Shown here piece after piece: positions 20,847 through 33,500 of a stretch of DNA of 46,695 nt. A program made the position numbers and the translations under genes. The stretch's first letter is position 1. Each line of letters starts with the position of its first letter. The notes beneath the pieces are model-generated. The model was not told the DNA's origin. It ran no database searches and saw only the letters and a program-made list of their open reading frames with translations. The DNA is from Priapulus caudatus (lineage: Eukaryota): positions 304,826 to 351,520 of the forward strand of contig NW_014577079.1 in assembly GCF_000485595.1 (NCBI RefSeq), written 5' to 3'.

Positions 20847-22173
20847 CACACACAAACCTCACGAATACACACACAAAAACACACACGCACGCACACACAA
20901 AACACACACGCACAACGCACACGCACGCACACACACATACGCACAGCGCTGCGCGTCGCGCGCGCGCACACACATGCACACACACACTACACACACACAC
21001 ACACAGCCACACACACACACACACACACACACAACACACACACACACACACACTAACACACACACACCCACACACACCACACACACACACACACAACCAC
21101 AGCACACACACGCACACACACGCACACACACGTCACATGCACGCACGCACGCACGCACGCCCTCCTTCACTCTCCTCTCGCCACATTAGACACTGACGTC
21201 ATTCAGACAACTTACAATTCGACGGCACTCGCCTGCGGTATACCATGTTTAAGCTGCACAACCACGCGGCAACGCACGATACGACTTCAACATCTTCGAG
21301 TACAATTCCGAGAAAAACGCGAGAACGCCATAGGCATGCGCGCGCGCGACGCTTTCGCCGCCCTATTCAATATCCTTCTAATTAAACTAGGGAAGTGAAA
21401 ACATTCGGAAAAAATACCGTGGTCAATGAAAACAGTTAGGTGGGAAGAAGAAGCAAGAAATGCTGGCGAACAGGTAGCAAAGTACACGAAGCGAATATCA
21501 TAATATACAGAGTAATCCACAACCATTAGGACAAACCAAGGGGCTGAAAACCATTTGAACTATATTTAATTTCCGTAATACAGGAGCATTAATAAAAGTC
21601 GTAGTTCACGTAGTATATGAGTATCACGTACGTTTTACATATTCCTTCCTCTTCTCCAAGTCAGATCGTGTTTAAAATATAAAATAGGGGTTTTTCGCCT
21701 TCAAGCGCGGAGAATTCTTGAGAGATTTACAACTCTGTGGGCTCATTCGACACGGAGTCGGAAATTAATTAGCTTTTGATCGCTTGAAGCCACATGGAGA
21801 AGCGACAGAGCAAGACTCAAAACAAGACAATAAGATCGGTGCTGTGAAAATTCCACTACTCTGTTTTTATGTATACAATACTTTACACACGCACACGTGT
21901 ATATGTCGCCACTTCATTTATCAAACTGAGAATTAATCTACGGTGATTTTCATATAGCTTTTCGTAGTGTTAAAAATTTCTATACTCGTTTGGTCCGCCA
22001 ATGAAATCGATGGGCCTTTTGATGCCAGGACCGCTTTCGTTGCACGCCACGCATGCTCTACCACGAAACGCACGCACACACAAGCACGACCACGAACGCT
22101 ACGCACACACAAACGCACGCACTCTTTCGCCCTCTCTCTCACGCACGCACACACAGCACACACACACACACAC

Positions 22174-22207
<34 letters not shown>

Positions 22208-22382
22208 ACACACAACGCATACCGCACACAGCACGGCACGCACGGCACACACGCACGCACGCACGCCACACACCAGCGCGCGCGCGCACACACACACACA
22301 TACAACACACAGCACACACACAATTCACACAACACACACACACATTCACACACGCATATATACACACGCCCACACGCCACAC

Positions 22383-22418
<36 letters not shown>

Positions 22419-22440
22419 GCGCGCGTGCGCGCACACACAC
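19812..22440. repeat. Cluster of three imperfect (CA)n/(CACG)n microsatellites (19812-20222, 20790-21160, 22065-22440)
   Basis: Direct inspection; these explain the poly-HT and poly-CV ORFs. Confidence 0.9.
21168..22080 (+). repeat. ~0.9-kb direct duplication, copy 1
   Basis: Colinear with 26430-27315 from cactctcctctcgccacattagacactgacgtcattcagac to ccgctttcgt...cacgcatgctc. Differences are mostly 1-nt indels. Confidence 0.92.
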
Positions 22441-25400
22441 ACTCACTCTCTTTAATACTCGCTCTGTAGTTTCACATCCCCGTTTTCAAATATTGTTTGC
22501 CTATCTAAACTATATAGCGAGCGAACAAGCCCCACGCTCTGCGCCCCCGCACGGACTCGTGCATGCTGTTTTCCCCTTAGTACAGCCAGCATCTGTCAGT
22601 CTCGCACTCCCATATACCACAGCGTTGAAGTGATGGACGTTAAAACCTCAGCGATCGGCTCTCACCCGCTCTGCCCGTTACATCACACGCACGCACACGC
22701 AAGTTGCTTGTGCGTTACCGCGGCAATCGCGTTGCGCGATCAACGTGTTTCCATGACGATTACACATATAGAAGGCCGCTTCTAATTGGCTCGTGCAATG
22801 CCGCGTGCCATCGTCATAGATTTATCTGCGGCGTGCGACTCCGGGTCTGATGGATGAGACACGAGAATTCCATTACTGCGTGGCTAGATGTGATCCCCAC
22901 GGAGCCGTAAGTGAACCTCCCTGGTCGGCTGGGCGGCCACTGAATAGGAGGAGCGCCGCGCTCGGCATTCAGACGGGCATCTCGAAAGCGAAAAATAAAG
23001 TTATCCGTGAGACGCTTGATTTTTGGCCTCGACGTGCGCCGAGCGTACAAAGAATCGCGCGCGGGGGAAGCTCTCCCGAAGGAGGGAGACGGAAGAGGTT
23101 AATTCTCGGAACAAAGGCGCTCGTCACGAGTGACTTCTCTGTTTCGCTCTGCCGGCGATAATTCCTCGGGTTGCTGTTATTAGCATTCCTACTCAGACGC
23201 TTGTCAGTATAGGAGCGCGACTGGCTGTTCACGCGATGCGTCCGTTTTCGATCAAACTCCGTGTGACGCGCGAGGTGGGAACGCGTCGCGTATATATAAG
23301 TCCAGTGCGAAATCTAGTTTCGATAAACGATGAAAGCACTTCAACAGACGGTTATATCCCCGTGACTTCGCACAGTCGGAGTCCTTAATGGTTTTTATGG
23401 TGATAAACGACAGTGGGACACTTGCCTTCATGCCGCGCGCGTCTGGGCGGATTATGCTTGCTACCGCATCGGACTCCGTCGCTATTGATCTTTGAATGGT
23501 GGAGCGCTTTAAATAATTGTTCGTGCAGATTGCCGTCAGCAGATACCAGTAATTTGGGATTTTTAAGAAAAATAGCCAGCTTATAACAAAAATCAATGGA
23601 ATTAGTTCTGCCGGGAGCACAGACACTGTTTTTGCTCGTGTCTGGCGGTTCGCCTATCGATAGCCTCTGCTGAGCGTGGCCTGTGAATCAAGCTTGCAAA
23701 TATCTGCGTATAAATTGCTAGCTGCGGCATAATTGGAGCTTGTTTGAAAGTATTGATGCCGATTGGAAGCGGTTCGCAAGAGAAGTCGCGACAGCATCGT
23801 CTCTTGAATTGCAGACAGTCGCCAGCGCCCCCCGCGGGAATCACGCGAATCAAACCGTGCGTGCACGCTGTGCGCGCCTGCGTAGTGCTGCCTCATCTAT
23901 GCACGTACACGCACGCACACGTACATGCGCACGCATGTACACGCGATGGCGCGCGCACACGCACGCAGACAGTCACGCACACACGCACTGTCAAACACTG
24001 TCGCTCGCTGCCAAAGAAAATTCGATTTTTCGCTGTTTAAGATGCTGTTTGCTAATGGCTGATCGTAGTGAGAATATCTATGCTTGCTTTTTCCCCTGTA
24101 TCTGTCATAATTAGAATATGACTGCATATAACAAATTCGCTTTTTTATACCAAGCTACTCGGCTATCTATTGCATAGAAATATAGAATGTATTTCGTTGG
24201 AGCATTAAATCTTAACGATGCGAAATCAACTCATCTTCCCGTAAAGGTCACCGTAATACGATGGTATTGTTCGGTTAGAATATTAGCTATTCGTCGGATG
24301 ACACTCTCATCCTTCGCAACGATATCCTTGCTAACGATTACTACCGTCCACGTGCCTATCCGAATAATGTTTTGCGAAACACATAGTTCATCCGCCGTGA
24401 AGGCTTTGACTCTAACGTAAGCGAATTTACATTCGCCCGCTCCTCGTTTGATTGCCCGTGTCGTGTCTGCCCCCTCCCCTCCTCCCCTCCTTCCCTCCTC
24501 CCTCCTCCCCTCACGCCACCCACCCGAGGAATCGCGATTCCGCGCACGTTTTGCGTTAGACGAAGTCATTACGGCGACGGTCGACGCCTAGCAGCGCAAA
24601 TGAACAGCGCTGGATAATGAGCTGAAAGCGTGTTTTGCTAATAAGGTCCGGCAGCGCGTCGGTGTTACATGTCTGATGCGAAAAAGCGGCCCGCCGACGA
24701 CGGGGGTCGCATGCCAATGCGCCATCTCTCGGGCAGCTTCCATAATAATAGGGGAGGCGGACGCGCGAGGCACGTGCCCGCGAGGAAAAATACAGCGATC
24801 TGCTGTCTCACTGGCTCGCCGTAAATCAGTGCCGACTTCAAAATCGGCCGCTGCTCTATCTCGGCGCTGTCGTCGCATTGTGTACATAGGCGCATAGGTT
24901 GGTTATAGCTCTGAGAATATTATACATCCGTATTAACGTGTATCTGTTATATGGCTGCGAAAATTCTCGCATTGTGATTCCGGACGGAGAGCATGCCATG
25001 TGTTGTGCTATATAATTATATATTGCGCAATTATTGTGCTTCGTTGTTCGGGCCATCATGGCGTTTTGTGGATCTCGAAAATCAAATGCACTTGGTCTTG
25101 GGAAACACTGATTTTCTGGGTCCGCAAACTCCTTGGTGCTCTCGCGAGCAAGTGAGAGAGAGAAAGCATGCGGCACACACACGTGCGCGCACTTCTACGC
25201 ACACCACGTACACACGCACGCACGAACGCGCGTATCCATATACACGCGCGCGCATACACACGCACCAACACACACACCCACACACGCGTGCGCCCCCCCC
25301 CCACACACACACATAATTGATTCTGACCATGTTTAATTTCGAGCAATAGTAAGCTGAGAAATTAGTAAAATAAATTGTGCCCACAAACGAAGAAATTATT

Positions 25401-26350
25401 AAAGTAGTAAAGAGTAATTAACTTAAACAACAGTCGCGTGACTTAATTAATTAGTAATCGTAATTAAATGGCAACTACGAGATAAAACCTCAGGATCTTA
25501 GAACCTCAGAAGCCTTTTACAACTACGTAGGACTTGACGATACACAGATTTTGATGTTAATGTTGGCTGATTTGGGTGGAAATACGAGTATTGTTTTATT
25601 AATGAGCTTACCCGGAGGTTTAATCAACTTATAAATTATCTCACTCTAAGTGTGTGAATTTTCAAGTGGAATTGAAAATAGCTCAACGTAAACTTAACGA
25701 CAGAATTAGATTCGATATAATCGACATTCGACCTAAAAAATGTGCTCATCCCAGGTGTATCACACTATTCGTATACGTAGAACAATAATAAAATGAGGAA
25801 CGGGTGAATAGGAATGGTAAATAAAAATGAATGAGAAGAATAGCTCTGGTTGTTATTGTATGGACGTTCGTTCCTGATCCTGCATCCGGATCAAAAGTTT
25901 CTAACATCGTATACCCCAATATCACTTACCTTCCGCTCACACGGATTTCATCCGATTTTATGATTTACTGGGTTTCCTGAATTTCAACGACACGACACTT
26001 TAGCTATAACTAGCGCTCCAAAGCCATTGTTTTGGTCATCACGCCCGATAGACGACATAGCCACTAGTCAATCCGAATCTCGCAATAATTCTACCTCGGC
26101 GCAGATTTCACTAGAATTGCCTTCGTTGATGAGCTATAATGCGCACATTCAGTGTGCTGCTATGAACTTCAATATTCTGTTAGTAGTCATTACCTTATCT
26201 CTGACACACAACATAACATGCCTATAATGAGCGCCTGCCAGCCCACATAGTATTAACTTTATTGCCGCACCAGTTCGGCGAAGGAAGTCGTTATGGTGGT
26301 TATTGCCCATTGTAAGAGCGAGCATGAACCGCTACTGCTTATAGATTTAG

Positions 26351-26424
<74 letters not shown>

Positions 26425-26429
26425 TAGAA

Positions 26430-27307
26430 CACTCTCCCTCTCGCCCACATTCAGACACTGACGTCATTCAGACAACTTACAATTCCGACGGCACTCCGCC
26501 TGCCGTAATACCATGTAAAGCTGCACAACCACGACGGCAACGCCACGATACGACTTCAAATCTTCGAGTACAATTCGAGAAAAACGCGAGAACGCATAGG
26601 CATGCGCGCAGCGGGACGCTTTCGCCGCCCTATTCAATTCCTTCTAATTAAACTAGGGGAAGTGAAAACATTCGGAAAAAATACCGTGTCAAGAAAACAG
26701 TAGGGTGCGTAGAAGAAGCAAGCAATGCTGCGAACCATGTAGCAAAGTACACGAAGCGAATATCATAATTACAGAGTAATCACAACCATTGACAAAATCC
26801 AAGGGGCTGTAAAACCATTGAATATATTTAATTCTTAATACAGGAGATTAATAAAAGTCGTAGTTCACGTAGTATATGTAGTATCACGTACGTTTTACAA
26901 TATCCTTCCGTCTTCTCCAATTCAGATCGTGTTTAAATATAATAGGGGTTTCGCCTTCAAGCGCGAGAATTCTGAGAGATTACAACTCTGTGGGCTCATT
27001 CACACGGAGTCTGAAATTAATTAGTTTTGATCGCTTGAAGCACATGGAGAACGACAGAGCAAGACTCAAAACAAGACAAAAGAATCTGGTGAAAATTCCA
27101 CTACTGTGTTTTTCATTATACAATACTTTACACACGCACACGTTATATGTCGCCACTTCATATTATCAACTGAGATTAATCTAGGTTGATTTTCAATATA
27201 GCTTTTCGTGAAGTATTAAATGTTCTCATACGTTTGTCCCGCAATGAAAATCGATGCCTTTGTGGCAGACCGCTTTCGTCACGCACGCATGCTCGCACGC
27301 ACGAACG

Positions 27308-27315
<8 letters not shown>
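26430..27315 (+). repeat. ~0.9-kb direct duplication, copy 2
   Basis: See copy 1. Bounded by clean (GA)n at 26350-26420 and clean (CA)n at 27312-27370. Confidence 0.92.
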
Positions 27316-27372
<57 letters not shown>

Positions 27373-27492
27373 CGAGAGCTAGAGAGATGAGATGCAGCCC
27401 CCAGTATCATAGCCTAGCTAATTATATGAGTAAATATATCCAAGTTAGATCGAACTTTCGTTTCCAGTGCGTCTATCTACCTGGAAACGTTA

Positions 27493-27534
27493 GACATGAG
27501 GAAGTCTGTCGGAGAGATGGACGAAAATTTCGTC
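27493..27534 (+). ncRNA. Degenerate minimal hammerhead ribozyme motif in the 5' pLTR
   Basis: gac - ATGAGGA (C3 changed to A) - a - gtctgtc/ggaga/gatggac (7-bp stem II with 2 G:U) - GAAA - attTC - gtc. Confidence 0.5.
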
Positions 27535-27609
27535 AGAGTAAGTTATTTTGTACTGATTATGGATCTAACTGAGATTAACGTTATTAGCATGTAAATTATA
27601 GAGATCCGA

Positions 27610-30136
27610 ATGAAGTTATTTAGTCATCTATTTGAGAATTACGGACATGATTATGTCAAGGAAGTTCGAAAATGTAAAAATTTGGGAAGGAAATTGTCGA
27701 GACATCAAATCATTAGTGTTCTCACTTCGCTTTAAACATGAAGGCATTACTCCACCGAGCCTACGTATGAAATGCTCGATCAACACCACCAAATCGCGGG
27801 CTATAGTTGACAAAGCTAAAAAAGAATTATTAGGAGAAAGGATCCGTGTTACGACTAATAAGATCAAATCTCTAACGGAGGAGGTCGAACATGGTAAACG
27901 TAGTGTTTGCGAACGGCTGACGAGTAACGAATCCGACATTATAACGGAGCACTTTCGTACTTCCACTACGAGCGAATACAACTTAACAAAAGCCCGCCAT
28001 ATTGATCAAATGTCTGCGTGGTGTAACAAGAAGAATTCCTCCGATTCTACACAACATCTAAAAGTACCGAGAGATTTGGATCTCTCCGGCGAACAGTTAA
28101 AAAAGTGGGTAATCAATTTATCTAAACGTCGAGTCGAAAAAGCGGAGTTGTCAGTTCTCGCTAAAGGCTTGAACTTCGCAGTTACGTATAGAAGATCTCA
28201 TTATAGCAGCAGAGGAAGCTTGCAAACTGGTCCCTCCTCAGGTAGCTAACGAACTGAGGCCTAAGTTATGCAGCATCCTCAGCTCAGATAAGCCTCCTAC
28301 CCCCAACATCAGCAACGATGAAGCCATAGCTTTAAAGACGCTAGCTAAATATGACAACATTCTGATCATGTCGGCAGACAAAGGCAGAGCCTCAGTAGTC
28401 CTGGATAAAGCAGATTACACTCAGAAAGTAACCGATATGTTATCAGAGGAAAAAACATATCTCAAACTTAACAAGAACCCGACGTCGCGTTATAAGAACA
28501 AACTGGTCAACATGTTAGCCATGTTACGCAAGGATGAAAAAATCAGTGAGTCACAAAAGAGATACCTCTACCCCACATCGGAGACCATCCCACGTCTATA
28601 TTGCACGCCCAAAATTCATAAATCAGGCAACCCTTTACGGCTTATTGTGGACTATACTGGGTCTATAGGCTACAACCTATCCCGCAGTTTGGCTAACCTA
28701 TTATCACCGATCGTTGGCAAAACTAGATATCATGTAGAAAATTCCAAGGATCTAGTCACCAAGCTAAAGGAACTAATAATACGAGACGATGAAACATTAG
28801 TGTCATTCGACGTCGTCTCGCTATTCACTAACACACCGATCATCAGCAAAGCCCTCGAAGTAATACGGAAGAAATTAGAAGATGACACCACTTTGAAGAA
28901 GAGAACGCTACTTACAGTAGACGACATAATGGAGTTGCTGGAATTCGTGCTCACCACCACCTATTTCATGTTTGGCGGACAGTTATATCAACAGAAGTTC
29001 GGCACGGCGATGGGTAGCCCCGTATCTCCAATCGTTGCCAACTTATACATGGGAGATTTAGAACAAACAGGCATCAATACGGCGTCTGAACATATCAAAC
29101 CCAGATTTTAGAAACGCTATGTGGATGACATTCTAGCGGTGGTTTACCAAGGGATTCACACGCATCCTCAATGAACATCTCAACTCAATAGATACGTCCG
29201 GCAACATACAATTCACCTCTGAAAAAAATTGAAAACAACAGCATTCCTTTTCTAGACACGAAGATTGTGAGCAGAGAAGATGGTACGACTAAAACCGTGG
29301 TCTACAGGAAGAAGACCCATACCAATCAATATCTGAACTTTCAGTCTCACCACCCGATAATGCACAAACTGGGAGTCGTCCGCACACTACTTGATAGAGC
29401 GAACACCGTTGTAACGGAAACGGAAGATTTACGCGCCGAGGTACTTGAGATTCGACACGCACTTCGAAATTGCGGCTACCCAAACTGGACAATTGAAGAC
29501 ACAAAACGGAAAATAGAAATAAAAGTTACCAACAACAAATTGAAAAAGGAGAACAACTTGAAAACGAAAAATAGGGGGTTAGTTATTATTCCTTACATCA
29601 CGGGAATGTCCGAGAGGTTAGCCCGCACCTTAAGGACATTCAACATCTCTTCAGCTTTCAAACCCGACAAGACCATCAGAAACATCTTAGTTCATCCCAA
29701 CGATAAAATTTAAAACAAAAATACTACATGATGTGTATACCGTATCGCCTGCTCGAACTGTGACAGCGCGTACATTGGGGAAACAGGCAGAAAATTTGGC
29801 ACACGTTTAAAAGAACATATGACTGATGTCAATACTCACACAAAAGGAACCAGCACACGAGCGGCTCGTGCGTCCACTTCAGGATAACAGCATAAGTCAG
29901 CCATAACAGACCATAAATTTGATCAAAACCATCTGCCGGACTGGAAAGAGGCCACTGTGGTGTTAAAGGAATCAATTCCACGGCGCAGACAAACCAGAGA
30001 AGCAATTTACATCCGCGGAGAACCGACTACAATGAATAGAGATGAGGGGTCATACCATCTATCCCACATTTACGACAACATTCTCAGATCTGCACCCACT
30101 CGAGGGGACCACAGGCCGGAGGCCGCCCGAAAATGA
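27610..30136 (+). pseudogene. Disrupted PLE ORF: reverse transcriptase plus GIY-YIG endonuclease
   Basis: N-terminus MKLFSHLFENYGHDYVKEVR... then WVINLS, LAKGLNFAVT, ADKGRASVVLD, PKIHK, SFDVVSLFT, GTAMGSPVSP, RYVDD, VYRKKTHT, CVYRIACSNCDSAYIGETGR...RLKEH and EAIYIR...MNRDEGSYHLSHIYD. Premature stops at 29109-29111, 29711-29713 and 29729-29731; frameshifts near 27710, 28185 and 29140-29230. Confidence 0.95.
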
Positions 30137-30184
30137 CCAGAATCAAACTTCCGTTTCCATGGCTGCATCTACCTGGAAACGTTA

Positions 30185-30226
30185 GACCTGAGGAAGTTTG
30201 TCGGAGAGATGTACGAAAATCTCGTC
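30185..30226 (+). ncRNA. Minimal hammerhead ribozyme motif in the 3' pLTR
   Basis: gac - CTGAGGA - a - gtttgtc/ggaga/gatgtac (stem II, one mismatch) - GAAA - atcTC - gtc. The CUGANGA/GAAA/UH core is intact, stem I is 3 bp, and it lies about 50 nt after the PLE stop codon. Confidence 0.65.
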
Positions 30227-30339
30227 AGAGTAAGTTATTTTGTACTGATTATGGATCTAACTGAGTTTAAGGTTATTAGCATAGCCTAGCTAGTCTCTAT
30301 GTGAGAGACTGGATGTAGTAGTCGGTAATGAGCGTAGTA

Positions 30340-30511
30340 AGGTGGGATGATGAGAGAGATGGGATGATGGGAGAGATGGGAAGATGGGATGATGGAAGAG
30401 GTGGGATGCTGGGAGAGATGGAATGATGGGATGATGGGATGATGGAAGAGGTGGGATGCTGGGAGAGATGGAATGATGGGATGATGGGATGATGGAAGAG
30501 GNNNNNNNNNN

Positions 30512-30572
<61 letters not shown>
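30340..30572. repeat. Purine-rich minisatellite (50-bp period, GATGG-based), 10-N gap, then (GA)n
   Basis: gatggaagag recurs at 30391, 30441 and 30491; N at 30502-30511; (GA)n at 30512-30572. Confidence 0.9.
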
Positions 30573-30576
<4 letters not shown>

Positions 30577-33500
30577 GTGTGTGCGCAGTGTATGGCGTCA
30601 GAAACCCGTGAGTAAATCAAGTATACGGACGTGGTGCATGCTGTGATGCTCTTTCCCGCATATATATAGCGGAGGCGGCCATCACTCCACTCGTTCTCCG
30701 TAGCAGCTTAACTCTTTATATCGACATCGGTATCTATGCATTTGCTGCCTATATTAGCGCGATAGCCGGAGTGGCGAATCTAAGACCCGGATTAGAGCTC
30801 GGCGTGTCTATGGCACGGCGCTATCTGTCGGAGCGATACGGGCAGACGTAGAGGCAAGCAGGACAGCAGCGCATGCTCGCATCGCTACATTTGTTTAGGT
30901 AATCTCCTCCTTTCTGTGCATTTCTACGACTTACGCAGTGTACAGCGCCCGGGGTAGGCTAGAATATCACGCAATAACGTAGTGGTTATTTTTATATGTA
31001 TGAAACAGTGGTGCTATGGTAGCAAGAGTGTATAATATAAAGATAGTAATATAATGTAAATAACATAATAAAATATAAAATAAATAACGTAAAGATAAAA
31101 TGAAAATAAAAATAACATAAAATAAAGGTAATGGCGTCCTGATGGCAGTCGTCTGATTCGATTCTATAGATGCAGGTGACACTGCGTGAGTGCGATCGCG
31201 TTCTATGTAGACCGACTGTGTTTAGTTTGGTAATACTCCGTGGACCTCATATGTGATCACTCAGTCTCCGGAGTGACAGGGTGTGCGCAGACTCCGTAAG
31301 CCCCACAGTGACTAATGGTGATCACAGCCTATATGTGTCCCGCTGCTCGGCCTGCATAAATTAGCCTGGACACTCTAGCTCTGTCGAAGTCTCTGAACGA
31401 GCAAACACGCCCGTGTAGACGCATTTCTATGGTTACGAATAGAATATATATATATATTTCTATAGAACAGAAAGAGACGATTGCGCTGGTTGCGCTGGTT
31501 GCTTTTTTACTCTCACGGCGAGCACAAATAGGCGCACTTTCTTTTCCTCCGATCGGTGTGCAATATATGTAGGAGTAACACCTCCCCTGGCGTCTCCCGC
31601 GACCTCCTCCTAGCTCGCGACAACGTCGCTGCAACATACATCGCCCTGCGTGTCTCCAGCGAAGAATATCTTCCGATTTCCACAGCTGTTTCAACAGAGC
31701 ACCTATCCTGCTCGTACTTATTGCCTCCCGTCGTCGTCTTCTCCCGCCTCCCCCTCCTCCCCCTCCCGTCGTACAGCGAGTCGATTAAACACCACGAGCC
31801 AATTTCACGCTATTATATAACACTGGATATGTCGCGACCTCGCTGCTTCACGATCGCGCAGACGTACCCTATCATGGCCGACGTTTGGCAACAAGTCTGG
31901 CTGTAAGTGCGGCTTCAGTCCGACGGGCAATATCGGGGACTCAACCGGCAGGGTATAGACTGCTCTGTGGCTGCGTAATGGCACGTCTAATCTTTCAAGT
32001 GAATCTTCTGTCGGTGCTTACGTCTAGTAGGTCGGGAAACATTACCCGATATACGCTATATTGATTCGTAATATCGCACGCGATATTAATGCTTATGTTG
32101 CGCGTTCGTTCGCGCGGCTGTACCGTCAATGATTGATTTGCGTTGATGACGCTGAACAAAGACACGTGGTCATCATATTAGAAACCGCGGTGACCATGGA
32201 CTCTCTTTGCTATTACATACACATGATTACATATCTATTAATATACTATATGCCTGTGTTATTACATTCCCCCACTCAAATGTTCTCCTCACATTCACGC
32301 AATTCACCACCATCACTCCAGCGCGCGGTTCCTTACAGCCACACACAGCACTGCGTCTAATCTACCACCGTCATTATAGACGATCGCTGCATGCGCTCCT
32401 ATATATTCACGTATTCGTTTCTCACCCTAATGTTTCGCGTCGACCGTTTGAAGTAGCATCGGATAAGGGATATGATATGGCGCTGATGTGGTGCAGTGAA
32501 GCATCGGCCGCCATGAACAAGCAGTTGTCAGCATTATAGCCAGCTAGATCACAAAGGTCTTTGTCGTTCTGGGATAGCAACCATTAAAGACTTAAAAAAA
32601 CTGCTGCTTTGGTATTTTGCCTCTGTATTCTCTGAATGTTATTGAATGTGTTTGCTTCAATGAGTGGAATACTTTGCGCTCGACAAGACTTGAGAGACTA
32701 TTTTATTGAGTTGCATGCACGCAGGCCATCGATCTGTTCACATGAAAATCTGGTGTGCATGAATGTGTATACAAAGCGGGTGAGACATAGATGTTTTGAT
32801 TGTTATTATTGGTGCGCGTTTGTTCGCAATATCGTCTGCTATCAGTCAGGAATGTTTTTAGTCAACGATTTGTTGTATTGGTAGCCGTCGGAAACAATTA
32901 AGCTCTAATTTTGCATATTTTGAGCGAGCGGCTTTTGTTACGCGCTTACTCCTCTGTAAACTTGGCTCATTTTTATTTTTCAGCGAAACGACGACGAAGA
33001 GAAATTAAGAGCAGAAGTTTGGCTGCCTATGGGAATATGCCCGGAAAATGTACGTGAATGACGCGGAGTTGTGTGGAAAGAGGGATTTGCCCAGAAGCAG
33101 CTGCGGCAGAAAATGAGCCTGAATTTTCAAGATAACACAGTCCAGCACCTCAAGCCTTTGTGGAAGAATAATCTTTTTTACCAAGTGCTAAATTGCTGCG
33201 CATCGAAATAGCTTATTTCGGCAATATTCGTTCTTTCAGAATAGGGCTCTTTCCATTGTTCGAATTAATGGGACAATTTTCTAAAGGATTACATGTACTA
33301 GGGTAATATTTTCAAACTCTGGATCCAATGTTTTGCGCATTGTTTGGTTAAATTGGTTTGCTGGTTTATCAATTTGTCTGTTTTGTATTACATTACTGAA
33401 TGATCGTCCAGTCTCGTGCGTCGGGAAATACTCTGCCTCTGTGCCGCGAGGCTCTTAAGCACACTCTTCATATTTTCCCACGTATCTCCTTACGTTGGAT

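Larger units (their letters stand above)
27421..30282 (+). mobile_element. Near full-length Penelope-like retroelement with direct terminal repeats (pLTRs)
   Basis: Contains RT and GIY-YIG coding remnants. About 140-bp direct repeats lie at 27449-27590 and 30142-30282. The flanking duplication catagcctagcta (27408-27420 and 30280-30292) is a candidate 10-13-bp TSD. Confidence 0.95.
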
